A stretch of DNA of 59,706 bases from Octopus bimaculoides (lineage: Eukaryota), in contig NC_068996.1 of NCBI RefSeq assembly GCF_001194135.2, forward strand, positions 29,964,161-30,023,866. Direction: 5' to 3'. The notes beneath the pieces are model-generated. The model was not told the origin of the DNA. It ran no database searches and saw nothing but the letters and a program-made list of their open reading frames with translations. Shown in pieces: positions 35,511 to 46,449 of this stretch (within the stretch, counting starts at the first letter, position 1; each line of letters opens with the position of its first letter). The translations under genes and the position numbers were made by a program.

Positions 35511-35802
35511 AGTAGCGGTTTGAATTGCCCACAGTTATGGCTCTCGGCAAGAGATTTTGGATAATTTCTGTCGTAAAATTTACTGCTGGAAATAATATAA
35601 ATAATATCGTTATACATCATGGTAGTTCTACTATATTCGTTTTTAAAGCTGACTTAAACGGTATGCAGAAATAAGTTAATTACCCTTTAGATCGTATTAT
35701 AATAATAAAAAATGCATTTGTCGGTTGCGATCTTAGACTGAAGTTAATTTGAATTGATACTATTCGGCATTTTTTTCTTTTCTTTTCCCTTTCCTTTTTT
35801 CA

Positions 35803-36175
35803 GCATTGGATTGCGATCTGCGGAAAACCACCTCGAAGGGTTTTAATCGAACAAATCGACCCCAGTATTTATTTTCAGTCTGATACTTTTTATACTGGTT
35901 TCTTTTATTGTTTTATTGAACTGTTTAGTTACGGGAACGTAAACAAGCCAACAACAGTTGTCAAGTTGTTTGTGGGACGCGCGCGTCCACACACACACAC
36001 ACATGCATTTACATGAGACGGACTTTTTTCAGTTGCCGTCTTCCACCAAATCCTCTTGCAAGATAGTGGTCGCCCGGAGATATAGTTGAAGACACTGGCT
36101 CAAGATGTCACGCAATGTGACTGAACCCGAAACCATGTGATTGGAAACAAACTTCTTACCGCACACCCATACCTT
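35803..36175 (-). repeat. tRNA-derived SINE
   Basis: Full-length diverged match to 43440-43772. Confidence 0.8.
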
Positions 36176-37165
36176 TCTTATTTTACCTTACAAGTTAAAT
36201 ATTTTTGTTTACATATTTCACTAATAAATCATTCGGACATTCATTTCCGTTTCATAAACAATCAATCGAACTTTGCGTAATAAATCATTCGGATTCTTAT
36301 CATTATACAGATAAATTAGATCACGTTCTTGCTTACTGTATTTGCCGGCATATGACACACGCATAAGACGTACCCCTGTTTTAAGTATATTTTATGGTAA
36401 ACACGAAAGAAATATATGAAAGCTGATAGGCTGCGTGATGTTGCTGAAAGTCATCATTGTTGGTAGTTTGTTTAAATGTCTGGGTTACAAATGTGGAAGA
36501 TTGTTGGTGTGGCTGCACTTTCTAACGAATAGTCACTAATGTGGAGAAAGTTTACTGGTGGTGAAATATTGATGTATTATTTATCTGTGTTGACTCATAA
36601 AACCAAATCCAACATTATTTAAATAACAGAAATATGTTACAATATTTATATTTTTATAGTTGTTTGCCAGTAGTGTATAGTGGTGTGCTAGAAGTAAATG
36701 TACTTCATAATTACATTAATAACAGAAAAGATGGGAATAATGTTCTGTCCACCTAATCGAAGATTCCTTTAATCCAGGGCTGAGCTGCTATCAAGGAAAT
36801 TTGTCTTTTTATAGGGCTTGTTGTTTGTGCATTCAAAGTGTGCCTCTGGTTTGTTTATGACTAAGAATTAGCTGGCTACTTATTTGTGTGATGAGAGATG
36901 AGGACATTATGTTTATACTGTACATACTGGGAGAAGTGCATCGAAGACAAAGTAATTCTCTTAAAAACAGGGACCAAGAATCCTGCATTTGTCTATCTTC
37001 TTGAGAACCGTCTTGAAACTCTGTGCTGATTCTGGCACAATTTGCCTTTATAACCCCTGTTATGAGGGAACATGATAGAACATTCCATAATATGGGGTGA
37101 TATTCCAATAAGCTGATTGATTAGTATTCAAAGCACATCACTTCATCTAAGAATGATGTGAACCT

Positions 37166-37648
37166 TGTTACTAAAGTGTAAAGACCGTGTGATCAGGAGA
37201 GGTGACGAGGAAATGGCTCCTTTAGCACATTGCACGGTTGATACAAATAAAAATACGAAAAGCGGATAAATGAGTATAAGTGCCAAAAGGAAAAGAGAGA
37301 CACAACCGTTAGAAGGTTTAAGAGAACATTTTATTGATATTGTAGTGTATGCAAGTGATTAGTAGTAAACGGCTTACCTCGTCTTCCTTCCGCCGCACGA
37401 GTCTGTCCTGTTGTATCCTGTCTTCGCACCTGGCCCGACCCGAAGAACGATAGAAATAGCAGCTGCCTCTCCCTCACCTGGACAATTGCCTCGCACATCT
37501 TCACGTTGCAATGCCCCCGCTCAAAAAGGGCATGAAATCCCAATCGAGGCTCCATCTGCCCCTCTTCCTCTTCTGGTCAGCTCCCAGTTCCAGTCAGCTC
37601 CCGGTTCCGGTCAGCGGTCTGCTCCCCAGTGGCTGACGTCATACCACA
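37166..37648 (-). mobile_element. Putative LTR (TG...CA, CRE, ETS, AATAAA)
   Basis: TGT...ACA ends, TGACGTCA at 37634-37641, CCGGAA near 37605, minus-strand AATAAA at 37330-37335, GC-rich. No TSD found. Confidence 0.4.
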
Positions 37649-38569
37649 GATATGTCAACATGTATGTCTGTGTGTGAGTGCGACATATAAACACAATAAT
37701 AGACAAGCCGTCAGGCAAACAAAGTGTATGTGTATACAAACATGTGCGTATGTGTATGTGAGAAATACAGAGCATAGAAAAGAGTCTATAAGGAAGTTGA
37801 GAGAAAGTCCAGACACAAGGATGGTAAATACCAGTTCGTGGTCAAGGTACACAGTAGTTGAGGTGCTGTAACAAGAAGTTGTGGCGGCAATGCAGAGCCA
37901 GGAAAAGGCACATGTCGTGTAAGAAGTTGACGCCTCAATGCTGCGGCTGGTTACTTGGTACAGGAGGTCTCGCAGGTTATAATCACTGTTAACCATGGTG
38001 AAGTAATTCACAAACAGTGTTGAGAGAACCTGTGCGAGTGCTGTTGGTGGTGTGTACATAGAGAAGTTGGTGTAGTTAAGAAGATGATGGTGGCGATGAA
38101 GATGGAGTTTGCCGTGAGCTGTTGGTTAAGTGTTGCATCTCCATGAAGCTGCTGTTGTCGTTGCTGGAACTGACTGCATGCTCTGTGGTCAGCGGCTAGA
38201 CATCAGAAGGTATGGAGCCAAAAGGACTGACAAACTGTGACAGTGAAAAGCTAGTTATTTATAAGATACTATCGGCTCAAACTGGGGTTCAGAAAGACTG
38301 TCCCACGCAACCTTATCTGAAGGCTGCAATTGGTTGGATTACATCTTGGCACGCAATAGAACAGGAGACAAAATGCACCAATACCAACCAATCAGAGTGG
38401 TGGACACAACAGGGACCAAAAGTGCGGCTGAAGGCTAGCTGTTATCCATTACATCCGCATCCATGTATATATAACAGAGAGAGAGAGAGAGAGAGAGAAG
38501 TACGCTACAAAAGCTATTGGTTTCAATTCTAGGCCTTGCTACACTGAATATAAATTCAGTATTGTGACA

Positions 38570-39400
38570 GTATACTGGACCAAAGTAAGATACCATAAAT
38601 TTATCTAATGATTTGTAGGTACGTGGTATTTCGTTACGCAGCTATAATATACTATAAAGTATATTGAATGTTTTTATAAGTCAATACTGTGTTCTACTGC
38701 ATTAGCAGTGCTTTTTACATTATTTTAAGGTTATTCCTACAGATATTCTATAGAAATTATAACCAGCAGTGATTTTTTTTGTTACAACATTTCGTATCAA
38801 GACGTCAGCAGTAAACAATGAAATTGAAGACAAAAATGGGTAATGAGTGTATATGCCATATTTCAGGAAATGTTGCCCCTTCATCAGCATTCATCTAAAC
38901 CATTCTCACCTCCAAACACATTGCTCATATAGCCACCGCATACAGCAGTGTTAAGTTATTGGATATACCAATATACATATTAGACGTATTCCTGGAGTGA
39001 TGCAGAAGAACATGGTAGACTTATAAAAACATTTAATATACTTTATAGTATATTATGGTTGCATAACGAAATCCCACCTACCTACAAATCATCATTCTTT
39101 ACATACCAGCTTCAGGAATGTGTTTAACATGTAAATTGGTACATCCAATAACTTAACACCACTGTATGCAGTGGCTATATAAGCAATGTGTTTGGAAATG
39201 AGAATGGGTTAGATGAGTGCTGATGAAGGGGCAAAGATCTCTGAAATATGGCATACACACGTTACCCATTTTTGTCTTCAATCTCATCATTTGTTTACAT
39301 CTGACATCTTGATATGAAATGTTATAACAAAAAAATCATGTGCTGGCTATAATTTCTATAGAATATCTGTAGAAATAATCTTAACAAAATAATATAAATT
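38570..39400. repeat. Inverted, circularly permuted pair of a ~400-nt hammerhead-bearing repeat
   Basis: A (38608-38703) and B (~38712-38997) are followed by rc(A) (~38999-39092) and rc(B) (~39108-39397); CTGATGA...GAAA motif in each B. Confidence 0.75.
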
Positions 39401-40042
39401 TATCATATATAAGCTATGTTATACAAGTACCATTTAGTTTTTTTTCATTTTTTTTTTTTCAGATTGACTGTACAGTTGTTTCATTTTGGTCAAGAGAATT
39501 GTGATACAGGATATATATCTCATATTTCTGGCTATGATATTTTGTGTAACAATGATCAGCTGCCAGAGTGACACATCTCTCTAGAGTCTTGTTGTCATTC
39601 ACTCATTAGAAATAGTTGACAGGCAGATGAAAGTTTAATATTCCTTTCATCCTTCTAGAATTTTCATTTAGATAATTAAAAAGTGTTTCTTAAAGGTAAC
39701 ACAGTCATTAAACAACATAAGACACACACAAGGTGGGGGTTACGTATGTTATTGAAGGAGATATAATGAGATGATTTAACCCCTCCACATAATTGCCGAT
39801 GTACCATAAGCAACTTTTCATGGTTGTACTAATAAACTGTGATATTTTGACTTGGTTTCAATATTTTATTATTAGTAACAATTAGTGTGTCTAGCTGACT
39901 TATGCTCATAATACAGTTGCACTAGATGCAGGGCAATTTTTTGATATATTTAAAAATAATAAAAGTACATCTTATAAGGTACATACTATTTATTGTGTAA
40001 TTATATACATAAAACATTATGCATTAAAATTCGGTGATTGTA

Positions 40043-41011
40043 AGAGAATTGGCTGAAAAGTTCATAGGCTGACCAAGATAATCTCATGGAATGTGACCAA
40101 AGTTTTTAATAAAATCCCCCTTGTGGTCCACACACTTCTTCCATCGGTGTTACAGTGCTTGGATCCCATTGATGAAGAAGCTTTTATCCTGTTGGTCAAA
40201 AAAGTCATCAACAACAGATAGTCAGCAAGTGGGCACAGTACGCTCCATTGATCATGTAACCCTTTTCAAGACAGTTAATAAACACAATGCCTTTTGCATC
40301 CGAAAAAACTGCAAATGAAGCAACTTTGGACTTCTTTGGAGCAGATGAGGGGGTTGTTTCCACAGCATGGGTTGTCTATTTGTCTCTGGCTCAGAGTGAT
40401 GAACCCAACACTCATCCTGTGTTAGGAAACATTCAAGGAAACCAGCTGGATCTCTCTTAAACAGTGACAGATTTTCCTGTAAAGCCTAGTGTGCTTTTTG
40501 TTAGATGTCAGATGTGACACCTATTGTGCAGAATATTTTCAACTATCTCGTGGGATATGCTAATAGCATTGGTTATTTGATTTATAGTCAATCGACTGAC
40601 ATCCATTACCATGTGGTAAACATGATCAATATTTCCCTTGGTAGTGGTAATTTGAAGAATATCCAGGTGTTGGGTCATCTTCAAGACTCTCTTTCCCCGC
40701 CTAAGTTCAGTTTCCCATTTTGCTCTGCTGATAAAGCTGGAACACCAACCTCTACTGTAGCAACCATGTCAGCATGAATGTCCTTGGGAGCTAATCCCTT
40801 TTTTTTTGCAGGTACTTGATAACACCACAATGCCAAATTTTGTCCATTTTCAAGAGAAGTTGCTACTTGTTACTAGAGCCAGATGTTAGTTTACCTGAAA
40901 AGAAACAATGCAGTTATTAATAAAAAAAGAGCTGAAATTAATACATGCAAGATTTCACAGTTCTAGCATCAGACTTCATAGTTAGCCTATGAACTTTTCA
41001 GTCAATCCTCA
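40043..41011 (-). mobile_element. Non-autonomous mariner-family element with TIRs and TA TSD
   Basis: TA|AGAGAATTGGCTGAAAAGTTCATAGGCTGAC ... GTTAGCCTATGAACTTTTCAGTCAATCCTCA|TA. Confidence 0.85.
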
Positions 41012-41292
41012 TAGTTGAGCAATAAGATAATAAAATGGATGAATGAGAATATTAGCTTTTCATTTTCAGTTCATCAGTGTTGTAGTTTTAAAAGATTTCT
41101 ATGAAATGTAAAAGAAAACATAAGTAACATTGGAAAGTTTTATTCATAGCAGAAGAAAGTGTTAAGAGAGAAACAAGAAAATCCCCGAGAAAGTGATGCA
41201 TGTGCTAATGTTAGTGAAGACAGTTCTTTTATAACACAGCATTTTAACAGTTGTAAGTGTGGAGACTACCAAAAGTAAGAATTTATAGGCTA

Positions 41293-41520
41293 CTAGCAGT
41301 ATAACCCGACCTTGTCCGGGTGTGACTTATTACGCCATCTATGATAAGTCTTGCTAGGTGAAAATGAACTAAAAAAGAAAGCCTTACAACGAAAAAACCC
41401 TTATGATGTAAATATGTTCATAATTCAAAAGACGATGAAATTAATAGGGAAAGTCTGAAGGTTGTTTTGTGTAACATTATTAAGCATACGTAAATTTCAT
41501 CCATCTAATTGGCTATAGAA
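41293..41520 (-). mobile_element. Helitron 3' terminus (non-autonomous); body probably continues across the gap
   Basis: Minus strand ACCCG-gacaaggt-CGGGT hairpin (41304-41321), 8 nt spacer, then CTAG|T end at 41293. Confidence 0.7.
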
Positions 41521-43439
41521 ATGCTTGTGCAAAACAACTTTTTGCACTGCCCTGATTATACATAGCAGGGTAATCCCTTTTTGCAGGAGCTAGGATGGCA
41601 ATTTGTGATGAAGCAATTGCTGGCGATNNNNNNNNNNNNNNNNNNNNNNNNNNNNNNNNNNNNNNNNNNNNNNNNNNNNNNNNNNNNNNNNNNNNNNNNN
41701 NNNNNNNNNNNNNNNNNNNNNNNNNNNNNNNNNNNNNNNNNNNNNNNNNNNNNNNNNNNNNNNNNNNNNNNNNNNNNNNNNNNNNNNNNNNNNNNNNNNN
41801 NNNNNNNNNNNNNNNNNNNNNNNNNNNNNNNNNNNNNNNNNNNNNNNNNNNNNNNNNNNNNNNNNNNNNNNNNNNNNNNNNNNNNNNNNNNNNNNNNNNN
41901 NNNNNNNNNNNNNNNNNNNNNNNNNNNNNNNNNNNNNNNNNNNNNNNNNNNNNNNNNNNNNNNNNNNNNNNNNNNNNNNNNNNNNNNNNNNNNNNNNNNN
42001 NNNNNNNNNNNNNNNNNNNNNNNNNNNNNNNNNNNNNNNNNNNNNNNNNNNNNNNNNNNNNNNNNNNNNNNNNNNNNNNNNNNNNNNNNNNNNNNNNNNN
42101 NNNNNNNNNNNNNNNNNNNNNNNNNNNNNNNNNNNNNNNNNNNNNNNNNNNNNNNNNNNNNNNNNNNNNNNNNNNNNNNNNNNNNNNNNNNNNNNNNNNN
42201 NNNNNNNNNNNNNNNNNNNNNNNNNNNNNNNNNNNNNNNNNNNNNNNNNNNNNNNNNNNNNNNNNNNNNNNNNNNNNNNNNNNNNNNNNNNNNNNNNNNN
42301 NNNNNNNNNNNNNNNNNNNNNNNNNNNNNNNNNNNNNNNNNNNNNNNNNNNNNNNNNNNNNNNNNNNNNNNNNNNNNNNNNNNNNNNNNNNNNNNNNNNN
42401 NNNNNNNNNNNNNNNNNNNNNNNNNNNNNNNNNNNNNNNNNNNNNNNNNNNNNNNNNNNNNNNNNNNNNNNNNNNNNNNNNNNNNNNNNNNNNNNNNNNN
42501 NNNNNNCTGGAAGTTAAGAGGAATTTAAGTGGAATTTCCGAAAATTGTCCCCCACTCCCTCCCAAAACACTTTCACTGCATAGAAAATTTCATTAAAAAA
42601 TATTCATTTTTCTGAAAGTTATGACCTTCCAAAGTCGGGGGGTACAACTCTGTAGTTATGCCACATTGACGAACATGAGCTATATTTTTTTGAATGATTG
42701 TGTTTACTTGCACGTGTATGCGTTTGAGAGAGCGAGAGAGGAAGATGGGGAAAAATGAATAGAGAATGAGAGCAATGTGTATGTTGTTGTCACAGATCCC
42801 GTATGTGTGGTTGTGTGTGTTTTTACGTAACAATGTTATGAAAAATAGGTAAAGAATACCGAGAGGAAAGTTTAGTCTATGACTTTGTATGTATCACTTT
42901 CTCTCTCTCTCTCTCTCTCCCTTTTTTACTCTTACTCTCTATATTATATGTTGAGCGCGTGTGTAAGAACGCGTTCCAGGTAGAAGGGAAGAAATATAAA
43001 AGTTGCTAGAAACAACAGCCAAATCTCCCTTAAATCACACAAAGTAAACGGAATTTTAAAAATCTAATTACTGCACTGAAAAGTTCACATCGAGAAAATT
43101 CCATTGATGTAAAAATTATTACGAAAAGGTGGAAAATGTGGATTTCTATACACTTTTAAAAAGGCTTCACACAGACACACAACTTCAGCTTTATATATTA
43201 AGATTATGCTTTGTTGCTTGTGTCATTAAGCTCTTAACACTCAGACTGTCTGCTTATCAAGCTCTCTCTTTTCTCTTTAGATCTATTCTCTTTTTATATG
43301 CTCCAAAACAAATCTGATTGCACAGATCTGTGGTAAAATCCTCACTTGAACATCCAGAAGTTGTTTACATATAATTTCATTAGCCAATTTTATGCTGGTA
43401 TCATTACTCACTCTGCCAAAACTCCTTTTGTTACTCTTT

Positions 43440-43772
43440 TACTTGTTTCCGTCATTTGACTGTGGCCATGCTGGAGCACCACCTTTAGTCGAGCAAATTG
43501 ACCCCAGAACTTATTCTTTGGGAGCCTAGTACTTATTCTATCGGTCTCTTTTGCCGAACTGTTAAGTTACGGGGACGTAAACACACCAGCATCGGTTNNN
43601 NNNNNNNTATATACGACGGGCTTCTTTCAGTTTCCATCTACCAAATCCACTCACAAGGCTTTGGTCGGCCCGAGGCTATAGTAGAAGACACTTGCCCAAG
43701 GTGCAATGCAGTGGGACTGAACCCGGAACCATGTGGTTGGTAAGCAAGCTACTTACCACACAGCCACTCCTT
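43440..43772 (-). repeat. tRNA-derived SINE, best-preserved copy (Meta-domain-like core)
   Basis: Minus-strand head ggagtggctgtgtggtaag...ggttccgggttcagtcccactgc (A/B boxes) plus core gccttgtgagtggatttggtagatggaaactgaaagaagcccgtcg. The family name is from memory. Confidence 0.85.
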
Positions 43773-44355
43773 AAGAAGAATTTTTTAATTGAAAGCCAAA
43801 AGATTCAGTATTTGTATTAATGTGTAGACCTGCTATGCTAGCACTGATGAGTCACTTCTATTCTCAGTAGCCACATCAATTCCATTTTGTACTGAAGGAC
43901 AAGGTCATATGAAAACATTCCTATTCAGTAAGATTGACAAAGGTGAATGGGAAATCAAGTATCCTGCAGTTTAAGTTAAGAAATGCAAAAACCAATCTGA
44001 TTCCTTTGAGCATGCATGAATTTGCATGTGCTCACATGTACACAAAGGCTTCCAAGCAGAAAGAGAAAAACGTGATTTCCTGAAGGGGTTCCAACTGTAA
44101 TTATCCTACCTTTTAAAAGCGTTTTAAACATGACCTTCCTATTTTTCTTCCAGCACAAATCACTTTAAAGTCTACTACATGGACAGCTATAGGCATAGTT
44201 AAGAAGTTTGCTTTGCATCATGTTATTTTGGGTTCAGTTCCACTGTGTAGCACTTTGGGTAAGTGTCTTCTACTAGGGCTTTAACAGAAGACAGTTTCTA
44301 GCTACCAAATTCACTCACAAAATATTGTGAGTGAATTCTGGAGATAGAACCTATC

Positions 44356-44428
<73 letters not shown>

Positions 44429-45215
44429 NNNNNNNNNNNNNNNNNNNNNNNNNNNNNNNNNNNNNNNNNNNNNNNNNNNNNNNNNNNNNNNNNNNNNNNN
44501 NNNNNNNNNNNNNNNNNNNNNNNNNNNNNNNNNNNNNNNNNNNNNNNNNNNNNNNNNNNNNNNNNNNNNNNNNNNNNNNNNNNNNNNNNNNNNNNNNNNN
44601 NNNNNNNNNNNNNNNNNNNNNNNNNNNNNNNNNNNNNNNNNNNNNNNNNNNNNNNNNNNNNNNNNNNNNNNNNNNNNNNNNNNNNNNNNNNNNNNNNNNN
44701 NNNNNNNNNNNNNNNNNNNNNNNNNNNNNNNNNNNNNNNNNNNNNNNNNNNNNNNNNNNNNNNNNNNNNNNNNNNNNNNNNNNNNNNNNNNNNNNNNNNN
44801 NNNNNNNNNNNNNNNNNNNNNNNNNNNNNNNNNNNNNNNNNNNNNNNNNNNNNNNNNNNNNNNNNNNNNNNNNNNNNNNNNNNNNNNNNNNNNNNNNNNN
44901 NNNNNNNNNNNNNNNNNNNNNNNNNNNNNNNNNNNNNNNNNNNNNNNNNNNNNNNNNNNNNNNNNNNNNNNNNNNNNNNNNNNNNNNNNNNNNNNNNNNN
45001 NNNNNNNNNNNNNNNNNNNNNNNNNNNNNNNNNNNNNNNNNNNNNNNNNNNNNNNNNNNNNNNNNNNNNNNNNNNNNNNNNNNNNNNNNNNNNNNNNNNN
45101 NNNNNNNNNNNNNNNNNNNNNNNNNNNNNNNNNNNNNNNNNNNNNNNNNNNNNNNNNNNNNNNNNNNNNNNNNNNNNNNNNNNNNNNNNNNNNNNNNNNN
45201 NNNNNNNNNNNNNNN

Positions 45216-45255
<40 letters not shown>

Positions 45256-46049
45256 ACTATAAGTCTAGTTTTTATTTTATCCATCAGTGTTTCTCATCAT
45301 TTGACAACCAATTTGTTTCAATTCTCATCACTCAGTGGTTTGGTACAAATGGACCGATAGAATACGTAGAAAGTTTAAAAATAAGTAATAGGGCCGATTT
45401 GATAAAAACCTTTCAAGGAAGTGCTACCAGCATGGCCATAGTCCACTGACTGAAGCAAACAAAAGAATAAAAGAATGACTACATTGAATAATACAGGTCA
45501 GGATGTGCTGCTGGAAAAATATAATATGGGATAGAATGCCTTTGATGACAGACCTTACTGGTCCAGGACTAACCTAGTACTAACATCTAGCAATAAATTT
45601 GTGTGTGTGCGTGAGTGTGTGTGTAGCTGTGTGTGGCAGTGTGAGTGTATGTACTACTCTTTCCCAATATGTTAGAATTAGCAGTTACATTCTTCGTGAA
45701 TTCATAAATTTCTTTGTAAAAATTAATCCAAAGAAAATTTTTTGTAAACAGGCATTATTTTAATTAAGATGAAACAGATATAGTTCACCATAATACAATT
45801 GCCTGAAAATTAATGGGTTCAGATCCACACCATGGAAGAAAAACATATCTCAATATTATTAGAGGGCCAGATGGGAGCTGATGACAAGTTTGTTTACTAG
45901 CATGGCATCCATCCTCCAATGGATGCTCTGACTCTTACTCATTTATGAAGTCATCATCACCATCATAATCATCATTGTTTCAGAAATTTTTTCATGGCAA
46001 GAAGCCCATCGTATATATCTATGTGTGTGTGTATGTATGTACAATGGGT

Positions 46050-46440
46050 TGGGTGGTTTGACAAGAACTGGCTAGACAAGAGCCTGTGCCACACTTCTGT
46101 GTTTCTTTTTATGGCTGGATCCCCTCCCTAACACTCACCACTTCACAGAGTGAGCTGAGTGCTTTTTACATGGCACTTGTAGAGGCGAAGTCAGTTTTGG
46201 CATGGTTTTTACAGCTGGATGCACTTCCAAATACAAACCACTTAACAGTGTGGACTGGGTGCTTTTTAAGTGGCAGCAACACTGGCAGGGTCACCAAGTA
46301 ACTTTGCAAGACAAGGAATCTTTGAGAGGGGAGGGGCATTGGAGGAGGTGATCTTGTGTCAGTTGTTGAAAGGTTAGAGTGTGACAGAGAGACAGGAACA
46401 GATATTCTGCTGTAGAGAAGATACTTGGTTATCCAGCCAG
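46050..46440 (-). repeat. RTE-tail composite repeat
   Basis: Reverse matches to ggaagggcatccagc(c/t)gtaaaa blocks. Confidence 0.65.
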
Positions 46441-46449
46441 AGGGAAGGA

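Noticed and set aside
16019-45449. Long ORF calls spanning N-gaps (e.g. 16021-16728, 20568-21598, 41513-42596, 44331-45449)
   Set aside because: Their length comes from runs of X; they are assembly-gap artefacts.
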